A stretch of 64,000 nt of DNA, from assembly GCA_040880525.1 (NCBI GenBank), contig JBBDIG010000055.1, positions 1,402 to 65,401 on the forward strand, read 5' to 3'. Below the pieces are notes generated by a model that was given only the letters and a program-made list of their open reading frames with translations, made no database searches and was not told the origin of the DNA. Positions 7,527-17,106 of this stretch are shown here, one piece after another. The position numbers were made by a program, and so were the translations under genes. The stretch comes from Bacteroidia bacterium (GTDB lineage: Bacteria > Bacteroidota > Bacteroidia > CAILMK01 > JBBDIG01). Position 1 is the first letter of the stretch; each line of letters begins with the position of its first letter.

Positions 7527-8287
7527 TCCTTCTCCGTTTTTACTGGTCTGGATTCTTTTTGTTGCTTTAAAAGCATTTTACGCTGCACCTCTTTTTCCTG
7601 GCTTTCCAGCGCTTTTAATATCTGTTCAGCCTCTTCCTGCGAAATTTTAGCTCCCTCCGCAGGTTGCTGCTCTTTTCCCTCCTTGTCAGGTTCTCCATTC
7701 TCTTTTCCGTTATCAGGCTGATCCTTTTTGTCTTCTTCACCTTTTCCATCATCTTGCTGATCCTGTTCATTTTCTGAATCCTGATCCTGTTTTTCCTGTT
7801 CCTGCTGTTCATCGTCCTGCTTATCCTGATCCTGTTGATCCTGTTGTTTTTTGAGCATTTCCAGCGCATAGCTCAAGTTATATTTTGCATTGTGAGCATC
7901 AGGATTCAGCCGCAACGCACGCTTATAAGCTTCGATGCTTTCCTCATATTTCTGTTGCTCCAGCAGCGCATTGCCGTGGTTGTAATGTGCTTTCGCTTTA
8001 ATGTCATCTGATCCTGACTTCCCCGCTACCTGCGCGAAACGATCTGCAGCATCTTCATAACGTCCCTGCTCATAGAGGGCGTCTCCCAGGTTGAATTGCG
8101 CCAGTTCCTGTGTAGAGTCTATGCTCAACGCTTTCAGGTATTGGGTTTCAGATTCTGCGTAGGCCCCATCCTGGTAAATTTTATTGCCTTCGCGAATGAC
8201 GCCCCGCTCCTTCTGCGCTGATGCAACCAAAGAAAAGAGCATGGCCGATGCAAAAAATATCGCGGTTATTATTTCTTTATTTTTCAT
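7520..8287 (-). CDS. batC: BatC: TPR protein with Q/D/E-rich linker
   Basis: TPRs (FNLGDALY, YNHGNALL, AKYNLSYA), QD-rich tract, C-terminal EAEQILKAL...EKEW. Confidence 0.9.
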   Translation of the reverse strand: MKNKEIITAIFFASAMLFSLVASAQKERGVIREGNKIYQDGAYAESETQYLKALSIDSTQELAQFNLGDALYEQGRYEDAADRFAQVAGKSGSDDIKAKAHYNHGNALLEQQKYEESIEAYKRALRLNPDAHNAKYNLSYALEMLKKQQDQQDQDKQDDEQQEQEKQDQDSENEQDQQDDGKGEEDKKDQPDNGKENGEPDKEGKEQQPAEGAKISQEEAEQILKALESQEKEVQRKMLLKQQKESRPVKTEKEW

Positions 8288-8292
8288 TTGAT

Positions 8293-9312
8293 TTAATTGC
8301 CTGAAGTTTTAGGTTTTAATCTTCTTAAAGGCACAAAAAATTCGGCCACTAAAAAAAGCAAAGCGGCTGCCAGAAAGAATTGAAATTGATCCTCATAATC
8401 TGCAAATACCTGCGTTTCCCGTGTATTTTTCTCCTGTTCATTTATACTGGTCAGCATGGCATCCACTTCTTCCTGTGCATTCGTAAGGCGATAATATTCT
8501 CCTCCTCCTGCGTCTGCAATTTCCACCAGCATTTCTTCATTCAACTTTGAAAATATTATATTCTGATTTTTGTCTCTCAAAAAAGTACTGCTTCCGGGCG
8601 AAGCAGGTACAGGCGAACCATTGGCGGATCCCAATCCTACGGTATAAACCCTGGCGCCCTGCTCTTCAAGCTTTCCGGCTTCCTCTATGGCATCTCCCTC
8701 ATGGTTTTCTCCATCGCTCACCACAATAATCACTTTATTTCTGACCTCTTCACCGGAGAATGATTTCCCGGCCAGCGCAAGCGCCTCGCTGATAGCCGTG
8801 CCTTGCGAGGGAATAATATCTGTTTGTAATGAACTGAGAAATAACTGCGCAGCTCCCAGGTCAGAGGTCAGCGGCATTTGCACATACGCATTGCCGGCAA
8901 AAACGATAAGTGCTACGCGGTCGTTTTGCAGGCGGTCCAGCAACTTGCTGATGTAGTTTCTGGCCAGATCCAGGCGACTGGGCATTACATCCGTGGCATT
9001 CATGCTGCGGGAGAGGTCAAGCGCAATTACCACATCAACGCCCTGCAATTCCACCTCCTTCAGTTTATTTCCTATTTGCAGGTTTGCCAGCCCCAATACC
9101 AGGAAAGTCCCGGCCAGCAACACCAGGATAATTTTAATGATATGAAGCCCGGTTGATGCTTCCGGGGCCAGCCGCTGCACCAGTTTTTTATCGCCAAAGC
9201 GCGCTATTGCACGCCTGCGCCAAAGCATAAAGAGCAGGAATAATCCCAGCAACAGCGGTATTGCCAGCAGGCCATACAGATAAGTTATGTCTTCAAATCG
9301 AAGAATATCCAT
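8293..9312 (-). CDS. batB: BatB: VWA domain protein
   Basis: MIDAS DLSRSM, DRVALIVFAG, SDGENHEG. Confidence 0.9.
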   Translation of the reverse strand: MDILRFEDITYLYGLLAIPLLLGLFLLFMLWRRRAIARFGDKKLVQRLAPEASTGLHIIKIILVLLAGTFLVLGLANLQIGNKLKEVELQGVDVVIALDLSRSMNATDVMPSRLDLARNYISKLLDRLQNDRVALIVFAGNAYVQMPLTSDLGAAQLFLSSLQTDIIPSQGTAISEALALAGKSFSGEEVRNKVIIVVSDGENHEGDAIEEAGKLEEQGARVYTVGLGSANGSPVPASPGSSTFLRDKNQNIIFSKLNEEMLVEIADAGGGEYYRLTNAQEEVDAMLTSINEQEKNTRETQVFADYEDQFQFFLAAALLFLVAEFFVPLRRLKPKTSGN

Positions 9313-9416
9313 TTCTTTTAATTTATTTTCAAATAATTAATCATCTTAATTTTTTATTTAAATTTACTTTTTATTTTAACTTAAAATTTTTTACTGAGAA
9401 AACATTTATTAAAATA

Positions 9417-10415
9417 TTAAGGAACTGTTTTAAAAAATACAAACCGGCTAAATACTTCAACAAAAAAGAAACAGCCGGCCAACAACGCAAACAGGTGAAA
9501 TTCCTCGGTTTTGCGTTGAGAAGTTGCAATCTCGATTTCGGATTTTTCGAGTTGGTCAATATCATTGTAAATCTCACGGAGGCTGCGCTCATCGGTGGCG
9601 CGGTAATACCGGCCTTCAGTGGTAGCAGCTATATCGTTTAGGAGTTCTTCATCAATCCTGACTTCTATTCTTTGAGTGCGGGTAATTCCATCGCGGCCGC
9701 GGTATGGAATATTTACGTGTCCTCGTTTGCCAATTCCAATAGTATAAACACGGATGTCCAGGCGTGCAGCAATTTCGGCAGCCGTTTTCGGATCAATAGA
9801 GCCGCTATTGTTCTCACCATCTGTGAGGAGAATAATCACTTTGCTTTTGCTCTCACTGTCTTTGAGCCTGTCAGCAGCGGTAGCGAGGCCCATGCCTATT
9901 GCGGTACCATCTTCCAGCCAGCCGCTGCGCACCTTTTGGAGCAGGTCCCGCAGCACATAATGATCCGTGGTGATGGGTGATTGAGTAAAGCTTTCGGCAG
10001 CAAAAATTACAAGGCCAATCCTGTCGTTGGGCCGTCCGCTGATAAAGTCTGACGCGACCGCCTTGGCTGCCTCAAGGCGATCAGGATCAAAATCCTGGGC
10101 CAACATGCTTGGCGAAACATCCAGGGCCAGCATAATGTCAATTCCTTCTGTCGTGATCTTTTCGTTCTCATCCACCGTTTGCGGCCTGGCCAGGGCCACC
10201 ACGAGCAACGAAAAGGCAAGGATCCGGAAAAGGAACATGCTGTGATAAAACACAGGCTTCCATCCTCGGCCCACTCCTGCGAACGCCTGGAGGCTGCTCA
10301 TCCGCACTTTCGGCAGTTGTTTTTTTCTGCGTGCTATGTACCAAACAATGAACAGCGGCACGAGCAGTAGCAGATAGAAAAACTCCGGGTTTGCATATTC
10401 GTAGTTAAAGCTCAC
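9417..10415 (-). CDS. batA: BatA: VWA domain protein
   Basis: LALARPQ, DVSPSMLAQD, GTAIGMGL, LLTDGENNSG. Confidence 0.92.
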   Translation of the reverse strand: MSFNYEYANPEFFYLLLLVPLFIVWYIARRKKQLPKVRMSSLQAFAGVGRGWKPVFYHSMFLFRILAFSLLVVALARPQTVDENEKITTEGIDIMLALDVSPSMLAQDFDPDRLEAAKAVASDFISGRPNDRIGLVIFAAESFTQSPITTDHYVLRDLLQKVRSGWLEDGTAIGMGLATAADRLKDSESKSKVIILLTDGENNSGSIDPKTAAEIAARLDIRVYTIGIGKRGHVNIPYRGRDGITRTQRIEVRIDEELLNDIAATTEGRYYRATDERSLREIYNDIDQLEKSEIEIATSQRKTEEFHLFALLAGCFFFVEVFSRFVFFKTVP

Positions 10416-11413
10416 CTCGTATCTGTTTTAATTTCGTCTTCCTGCGTTTCTTCTTCCGCAATTATTGCTTCAGGGGCAGGTTGCGGTTCAGGCCTGCGCT
10501 TTGTTTTTTCTACAAAACTGAAGGCAATTTCCAGATTCTGCACGTGGTCGGTTTCAGGCGGAGTGGCTTTGGCAAATTTTACCATATCGGCTTCGCGCAG
10601 CATGTATTCCACCTGCTCCAGCAATTCACGCTTCACCTTCTGGTCTTTCAAGTCTGCCATCAACTCGCCTGTAGTAGACTCCATCGCCCTGATGCTGTAC
10701 CTCCGCTCCACATAGTGCCGGAAAATATCCGTCAGTGAAATATAATATTCCTTAATTGCACCATTTTGCCACAGCTTTAAATTTTCCAGTTCTTTTAATT
10801 TTTCAAGTGCCCAGACATGCGCAGGGATAGGTGGCGGCTGTTTTACTATCTTTTCCTTTGGTTTCCGGTAATGCCGTATTAATAAAAATATTGTAATAAT
10901 TAAAATTAAAACGGCCACACCGGTAAGAATGTAAGGCAGGAATTCTTCAAAAGTATAGGGAACATCCAAGGGTTCCTGAATGGGTGCAATAGCCCGGCTT
11001 GTATCAATTGGCAAACGGGTGAAGGTAATAATGCTTTCGGGAGAATTTGCTGTATTAAGGACGGTGTCGCCCTTTATTGAATAACTGAATGGCAGCGAGG
11101 GAATTTTATAAGCACCAGAATCCCATGCCGTTACTTTGATTGCCTGGGTGAGCACCAGTTGGCCATCCTGTTTTGCAGTATCAATGCCGGTGATGTGCAA
11201 TACTTCCAGCCCTTCAATGGATTCCTTTACATCCGGCCAGTTTACCACCAGGTTTTCTGACTGCCGGAGTTTAATATAAATATCTACCTGATCACCAATC
11301 TCCGCTTTTTCCTGGTATTGCGTCACCTCCAGGAAAGGTTCCTGTGCCGGTAAGAGAAACGGACAGAGCATTAATATTAAGAATAAACCAATTCTCATAT
11401 TTATCAGCCTCAC
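10412..11413 (-). CDS. Bat-operon membrane protein (BatD-like/DUF4381-like)
   Basis: Signal peptide, TM helix, YYISLTDIFRHY...AMESTTGE...ADMVKFAK; conserved position between DUF58 and batA. Confidence 0.8.
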   Translation of the reverse strand: MRLINMRIGLFLILMLCPFLLPAQEPFLEVTQYQEKAEIGDQVDIYIKLRQSENLVVNWPDVKESIEGLEVLHITGIDTAKQDGQLVLTQAIKVTAWDSGAYKIPSLPFSYSIKGDTVLNTANSPESIITFTRLPIDTSRAIAPIQEPLDVPYTFEEFLPYILTGVAVLILIITIFLLIRHYRKPKEKIVKQPPPIPAHVWALEKLKELENLKLWQNGAIKEYYISLTDIFRHYVERRYSIRAMESTTGELMADLKDQKVKRELLEQVEYMLREADMVKFAKATPPETDHVQNLEIAFSFVEKTKRRPEPQPAPEAIIAEEETQEDEIKTDTR

Positions 11414-12285
11414 CTGCGTACCTCCCTTTTTTTAAAGAAATTCATGAGCTCGCGGATGTAGGGCAGGTCCGTTCTTAATTTTAAAATATCCAAGCCGCAT
11501 TTTCTGAAAATTTCGCGGAAATAAATATCATGCTCCGCATAATATCGTGCGTAGCGGTTCCTGATATTTTCACTGCCGGTATCAATCATCATTACCTGAC
11601 CGGTTTCGGCATCGGTCATTACTATCAGGCCCATTTGAGGCAATGTCTTTTCCCGCTCGTCATACACCTTTATGCCGACAATGTCATGCTTGCGGGATGC
11701 AATGTTAATCGGCTGTTCGTAATTGTGGTCAATAAAGTCACTGATGAGAAAAACGATGCTGCGCTTTTTCATTACGTTATTCATGAATTTCAGGGCTTCG
11801 CCAATGTCAGTGCCTTTAGCGGTTGGCCTCACTTCCAGCAGCTCCCGGATAATCCGCAGGATGTGCGTCTTCCCTTTCATTGGCGGAATGAATTTCTCGA
11901 TTTTACTGCTGAAAAATATTACGCCTACTTTATCATTATTCGTAATAGCTGAAAATGAAAGTACCGCACAGATTTCTGTAATAAGCTCATTTTTCATTTG
12001 CACGGACGTTCCGAAAAAAGAGGATTCACTTACGTCTATCATCAGCAAAACCGTCAATTCCCGTTCTTCTTCAAATATTTTAATAAATGGCTGATTGAAC
12101 CTGGCCGTCACGTTCCAGTCAATATTCCTGACATCGTCACCATATTGGTAAGCCCGTACCTCACTAAAAGACATTCCGCGCCCCTTAAACGCGCTGTGAT
12201 ATTCACCGGAAAAGACCTGATTACTGATCCCGCGTGTTTTAATTTCAATGCGCCTTACTTTTTTAATGAGCTCCTGGGTTTCCAT
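11410..12285 (-). CDS. DUF58 domain protein
   Basis: GEYHSAFKGRGMSFSEVRAYQYGDDVRNIDWNVTAR; start moved to the ATG at 12285 (METQEL). Confidence 0.92.
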   Translation of the reverse strand: METQELIKKVRRIEIKTRGISNQVFSGEYHSAFKGRGMSFSEVRAYQYGDDVRNIDWNVTARFNQPFIKIFEEERELTVLLMIDVSESSFFGTSVQMKNELITEICAVLSFSAITNNDKVGVIFFSSKIEKFIPPMKGKTHILRIIRELLEVRPTAKGTDIGEALKFMNNVMKKRSIVFLISDFIDHNYEQPINIASRKHDIVGIKVYDEREKTLPQMGLIVMTDAETGQVMMIDTGSENIRNRYARYYAEHDIYFREIFRKCGLDILKLRTDLPYIRELMNFFKKREVRR

Positions 12286-12346
12286 TTTAACAATTAAATA
12301 TTTGAACAGAATTAAAGGAAACCACATAAAGAATAGCGGCCATTAT

Positions 12347-12428
12347 GTTTACGTCAGGAAGGTCTGTTTCAGGAAAGTTTGCGTCAGGAAGGTCTGTTTC
12401 AGGAAGCTCAGTTTCAGGAAAGTTTGCG
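12347..12428. repeat. Tandem repeat, about 5 units of 15 nt
   Basis: TCAGGAA at 12354, 12369, 12384, 12399 and 12414 (period 15). Confidence 0.9.
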
Positions 12429-12442
12429 TAAGCAAACGTTAA

Positions 12443-12564
12443 TCCCCCCTTGAGGGGGGCGCAGGGGGGTGTTTGCCGCGCAGTGAGTAACCGTAACGAT
12501 TTGCTCCACCGACACCCTCCTGCCCCTCCGAAATAGTCCGGAGTCCTTCGAACCCTCAAGGAGG
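12443..12564. repeat. Inverted pair of REP-like elements
   Basis: TCCCCCCTTGAGGGGGGCGCAGGGGGGTGT (from 12443) faces ACACCCTCCTGCCCCTC...CCCTCAAGGAGG (12512-12564). Confidence 0.55.
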
Positions 12565-12649
12565 CATTTCTCCCCAGCTTTATATTCCTGTTCATTATTT
12601 TAATTATTAAATAGAACCTTTCATCCTTTTACCTCTCCATCGCCCGCAT

Positions 12650-13654
12650 CTACGGAACTTCAATTTTGTTAAGGATCTCTTTGATAATTCCCTCTGAAGT
12701 TATGTTCTCTGCCTCTGCCTCATAGGTGATTCCGATCCGGTGGCGCAACACGTCATAACATATAGACCGCACATCTTCCGGAATTACGAATCCTCTGCGC
12801 TTGACAAAAGCATGGGCTTTGGCGGCCAGCGCCAGGTTGATGCTGGCACGCGGAGAACCACCATAACTGATCAGCGGCTTCAACTGGCCGAGGCGGTATT
12901 TATCAGGATTCCGGGTGGCAAATACGAGGTCAACTATATATTGCTCTATTTTTTCATCCATGTAAACCTCGCGAACAGTTTTACGGGCGCGGATAATCTC
13001 TTCCGGTTTTGTAACCTGATTTACCTCCGCAGGCCTGTTTGAGAGATTTTGGCGAATAATCATTTTCTCTTCTTCCTGATTGGGATAATCCAGCACTACC
13101 TTCAGCATAAAGCGGTCTACCTGCGCCTCGGGCAACGGATACGTTCCCTCCTGCTCTATAGGGTTTTGTGTAGCAAGGACGAGAAACGGATCATCCAGCG
13201 GAAATGAATGGTTGCCGATGGTTACCTGCCGCTCCTGCATGGCCTCCAGCAATGCACTTTGTACTTTGGCAGGTGCCCGGTTTATCTCGTCAGCCAAAAT
13301 GAAGTTGGCGAATACAGGCCCTTTGTTGACCTCAAAACTTTGTTTTGCCTGGTTATAAATCATCGTACCGATAAGATCAGCAGGGAGCAGATCGGGCGTG
13401 AACTGCAACCGGCTGAACTTGGCATGAATGGCCTTTGCCAGGGAATTGATGGCAAGCGTCTTGGCCAGCCCCGGCACACCTTCCAGCAGAATGTGGCCGT
13501 TGGAAAGCAACCCGATCAGCAGCCGCTCTATCATGTACTTCTGCCCTATTATCTTTTTGCTGACTTCCATCAGGATGAGATCGGTAAATGCGCTCTCCTC
13601 CTTAATTCGCTCATTGAGCGCCTGAATATCTATTCCTGTTTCAATGGTTTCCAT
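12650..13654 (-). CDS. moxR: MoxR family AAA ATPase
   Basis: GHILLEGVPGLAKT, LQFTPDLLPAD, DEINRAPAKVQSALLEAMQE, ATQNPIEQEGTYPLPEAQVDRF. Confidence 0.95.
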   Translation of the reverse strand: METIETGIDIQALNERIKEESAFTDLILMEVSKKIIGQKYMIERLLIGLLSNGHILLEGVPGLAKTLAINSLAKAIHAKFSRLQFTPDLLPADLIGTMIYNQAKQSFEVNKGPVFANFILADEINRAPAKVQSALLEAMQERQVTIGNHSFPLDDPFLVLATQNPIEQEGTYPLPEAQVDRFMLKVVLDYPNQEEEKMIIRQNLSNRPAEVNQVTKPEEIIRARKTVREVYMDEKIEQYIVDLVFATRNPDKYRLGQLKPLISYGGSPRASINLALAAKAHAFVKRRGFVIPEDVRSICYDVLRHRIGITYEAEAENITSEGIIKEILNKIEVP

Positions 13655-14023
13655 GAAAAATTATTTCTGATTAAGATTAATGTACAAACTTATAATCCTC
13701 AATTTAAAGAACTGAAATTCTGACAGCCGATGCCAGAATGTATTCAGCGGGCGGGTTTGGCAAAAATCAGACAACGAAATTTTGTGGCAACCGGCAGTTT
13801 TTCAGCTTTAAATATTTTTTAACAGATTTTAACGTCTGCTGAATTCTTTACCAAATGTTGAATTCAAAGATTAGTGAATTTGTCCTTTTCATTTTATTAC
13901 TGATGATTTATGAAAATTTGTTCTGCACACGCCTTCAAAAACCGGTGAATATTCTGCAATGCAATCTTCTACGAACAACCCTCATTCCCAGCAGTTAATT
14001 CTGCAAACAATCATTACCCCAGC

Positions 14024-14031
14024 TATCTTTG
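14024..14031 (+). promoter_or_regulatory. Bacteroidota -7 box for era
   Basis: TATCTTTG followed by CCGGCT-ATG (14038). Confidence 0.55.
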
Positions 14032-14037
14032 CCGGCT

Positions 14038-14919
14038 ATGCCATTCAAATCAGGATTCGTAAATATAATCGGAAAGCCCAACGTAGGGAAGTCAACGCTC
14101 ATCAATGCGATGGTTGGCGAAAAAGTATCCATCGTAACGCCCAAAGTGCAGACCACACGGCAGCGCATAATGGGCATCCTGAATAGTGAGGATTACCAGA
14201 TCGTATTTTCGGATACACCGGGCATTATGAAACCGCGCTACCTGCTGCAGGAGAGCATGATGAAGTATGTTTCGGCTGCGCTGGAAGATGCTGATATCGT
14301 GCTTTATATGGTGGAGGCTACAGAATCTCCGGCTGACCATGAGGATTTCGCAGACCGGCTTTCGCGCCTGGAGGTGCCGCTTTTTCTGGTGATCAACAAA
14401 GCTGACCTGACAGAGCAGCCGAAGCTTGAGGCGCTAATCAGGGATTGGGAGGCGAAATTTCCGCAAGCCGCAGTTATCGCCATCTCTGCCCTTCATACCT
14501 TCAACCTGCAGAAGTTGCTGGATAAAATTATAGACCATCTTCCTGAGCATCCACCTTATTATCCTCACGAAATGTATACGGATAAAAGCGAGCGCTTCCT
14601 AGTTTCAGAAACGGTACGCGAAAAGATCTTTACGCAGTTCAGGCAGGAAATCCCTTATTCCATTGAAGTGAACGTAATTGAATTTAAAGAAGAAGAAGCC
14701 ATTATAAGGATAGAAGGTGAAATTATCGTGAACAGGCAGTCCCAGAAGCCCATTGTAATCGGCAACAAAGGTGAAGCCCTGAAACGTGTGGGGACAGCCG
14801 CAAGGAAAGAACTTGAGGAGGTTTTCAATAAAAAGGTTTTTCTTAAGCTCTTCGTAAAAGTGAGGGAAAACTGGCGGGAAAAGCCTGTGTTCCTGAAGAA
14901 CTTCGGGTACGATGTCTGA
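14038..14919 (+). CDS. era: GTPase Era
   Basis: GKPNVGKSTL, QTTR, DTPG, NKAD, KH domain IVIGNKG. Confidence 0.97.
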   Translation: MPFKSGFVNIIGKPNVGKSTLINAMVGEKVSIVTPKVQTTRQRIMGILNSEDYQIVFSDTPGIMKPRYLLQESMMKYVSAALEDADIVLYMVEATESPADHEDFADRLSRLEVPLFLVINKADLTEQPKLEALIRDWEAKFPQAAVIAISALHTFNLQKLLDKIIDHLPEHPPYYPHEMYTDKSERFLVSETVREKIFTQFRQEIPYSIEVNVIEFKEEEAIIRIEGEIIVNRQSQKPIVIGNKGEALKRVGTAARKELEEVFNKKVFLKLFVKVRENWREKPVFLKNFGYDV

Positions 14920-14987
14920 TAGGAATTTTTATCCCTATTGATGTAATGATAATTTTGAGAAAGGTTTTGTTTAAATACCTTTATGTA

Positions 14988-15443
14988 ATGGACAGATTGA
15001 TTTTGACGTGCCTGCTGTTTTTATTGACAGCTTCGATTTTAAGCCTGCCGGTTGCTCACGCTCAAACTGAAAAGCGGGCTTGCAAACCTTCAGACATTCC
15101 ACACTTTCTTACCACCTTTAACAAGGCGCTGGTGGCTGACAGCGCTGGTAACTTTGAAACTCTCAAAGAAAAATCTGTATTTGAAAGCGATGATTATTTT
15201 GTATATCAGAAAAAACGCAACGGAGAGTTTTCCACATATCTCATTAATGCCGAAGAATATTGCGAATCCACATATAAAGATGGTACGATTCACTCAGTTT
15301 CATTCTCGGTTTTTTTATGGGATACACCAATAGAGCGAAAGTTCACGCTTTACCTAAATGGTAATAAGAATGTAGAGGAGCTAAAAGTATCCTACCCCAA
15401 AGGAGATATTTCCATCAGCGAAATAATCTTTACCAATCGCTGA
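14988..15443 (+). CDS. Hypothetical secreted protein
   Basis: Signal-peptide-like start MDRLILTCLLFLLTASILSLPVAHAQ; no family recognised. Confidence 0.6.
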   Translation: MDRLILTCLLFLLTASILSLPVAHAQTEKRACKPSDIPHFLTTFNKALVADSAGNFETLKEKSVFESDDYFVYQKKRNGEFSTYLINAEEYCESTYKDGTIHSVSFSVFLWDTPIERKFTLYLNGNKNVEELKVSYPKGDISISEIIFTNR

Positions 15444-15482
15444 AGGAATTGCAACCGGAGCGGTGGGCGGCCACCTGACCGG

Positions 15483-16925
15483 TTAGTTTGTCAGGATCAT
15501 TCGTTTATTGGCAATTTCCTTATTATCAGCAATCAGGCTGTAGATGTACATTCCCGCCTGCAGTTCGTTTCCATCAATGATTTCCGCGCCACTGCCCCGC
15601 TGCGATATGCTCTTCCTTATAAGCTGCTTTCCTGACATGTCATAAATGTACAGATCAGCAGAATTCACCGAATAAGGAAGATAGTATTTAATGGCTGTGG
15701 AAACCGTAAAAGGATTGGGTTGATTTTGATAAAGTATCGGTTTATCAAAATCATCTCCTCCCGGAGCCATCACGCCCGTGTGGTTTTCGATTATGATTTT
15801 AAGTGAATCTACTAACATTTTCAATACATCAATCTCTGAGAGCACCACTTTATATTGGTCTTCCTGCTCCTGAATCTTGGTTTCAAATTTAGTTTGCACA
15901 GAATCCAATTCCTTCATTCCCTCTATCAAAACCGGAATGAACCCGTGATAACTTATGCTGTAAAAGCTGTCGGCATTCATGGTAATCAACTCAGGATATA
16001 CAGTTCTCACTTCCTGGGTACGAAGTCCGAACTGTCTTTTTGCCGGGAAAAGATACTTATCGAAAGGTGCGCCTTTATAGTTGAAGCTAATGCCATTAAT
16101 GCTGCGGAGATTCTGCATTACATTATTTAATGGAGCCGGCTGCTGCTGCATTCTTTGATCAGCATAAGAACTGTAGGTATGGGCCATTATATCGCCTCCT
16201 ACCGTAAGTGCGTAGCCCTTTAAAAATGAGCGTTTTATGGCTTGGCTTCCGTCATGATCCACCGTCCAAACCCGGCCTTCTCCACCATTCTGGATCACCA
16301 TGAGAGGCGCCTTTTGCCCTGCATGGGCTTTGATGCCGAAAGGAATAAGTGTATCATTTGGCGAAATTGCCTGCAATCCGAAATTGGTTCCCATGCTTGT
16401 ACTGCCATCCACCATCCTTATTTCATGATAAGTTCCGGTAATGCGAATTTTAGTCAGATTCCTCGTACCGAAGTCCAGGCTGCCATCATGTGCATTAATG
16501 GCCATATTCCCCGGGGCCGTGCGAATGATAAGGCTTTGAGTAGGATTCTCAAAGTAAATTCCGTCTCCTTCATCCACCACTATTCTGCCGCCAAAACGTG
16601 TCCTGCCGTCTACGTGGAGTGGAGTAAGTGGGTTAGAGGTGCCAATCCCCACATTTCCTGCTGCCGAAATGCGCAACCTTTCCTGGCTCCCGGTCCTGAA
16701 CAATATGGACTGGCTTTCAAGTTGGTTGAAAAATATGTTGTTGTTGCCTTCAATGCCCAACTGAAAACCACCACTGGCCGATTGAGCATTGGTCAATTGA
16801 AATTGGGTGGTGCCAGTTCCGGGATTGGCAAACATCTGTGTAGTGTCCTGAGCATTCAGATCACCGCCAAACAAAAGAAAAGCACCCAACGTGGCTATTG
16901 CGGGGAAAAGTTGAAAATTTTTCAT
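15483..16925 (-). CDS. T9SS type A substrate with a tail-fibre/peptidase S74-like chaperone domain
   Basis: GNVGIGTSNP repeat, S74-like DQRM...FGLRTQEVRTVYPELI...ISYHGFIPVLIEGMKEL, coiled coil, CTD LYQNQPNPF...GMYIYSLIAD. Confidence 0.8.
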   Translation of the reverse strand: MKNFQLFPAIATLGAFLLFGGDLNAQDTTQMFANPGTGTTQFQLTNAQSASGGFQLGIEGNNNIFFNQLESQSILFRTGSQERLRISAAGNVGIGTSNPLTPLHVDGRTRFGGRIVVDEGDGIYFENPTQSLIIRTAPGNMAINAHDGSLDFGTRNLTKIRITGTYHEIRMVDGSTSMGTNFGLQAISPNDTLIPFGIKAHAGQKAPLMVIQNGGEGRVWTVDHDGSQAIKRSFLKGYALTVGGDIMAHTYSSYADQRMQQQPAPLNNVMQNLRSINGISFNYKGAPFDKYLFPAKRQFGLRTQEVRTVYPELITMNADSFYSISYHGFIPVLIEGMKELDSVQTKFETKIQEQEDQYKVVLSEIDVLKMLVDSLKIIIENHTGVMAPGGDDFDKPILYQNQPNPFTVSTAIKYYLPYSVNSADLYIYDMSGKQLIRKSISQRGSGAEIIDGNELQAGMYIYSLIADNKEIANKRMILTN

Positions 16926-17106
16926 AATGAAATATAGTGAGTAAATAGTGAAAATAGATTACCGCATTAAACAAAAACGGGTAATTCAGGACGGAGAGGC
17001 AATATTTTGCAGGGGATAAAGATAAGGTAGAAATCAGAGTATTTTATAATATGAAAAGAAAATCTTATTTCTTTGATATAAAATATACAAAATATATTTC
17101 TAACGC

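Noticed and set aside
7690-7860. Q/D/E-rich low-complexity DNA in batC as a mobile repeat
   Set aside because: Expected acidic linker of BatC proteins
12347-12428. CRISPR array
   Set aside because: Units are contiguous 15-mers with no unique spacers, and there are no cas genes
12287-12595. 102-aa ORF as a real gene
   Set aside because: It is mostly a translation of REP-like hairpins and the tandem repeat; only the repeat part looks protein-like
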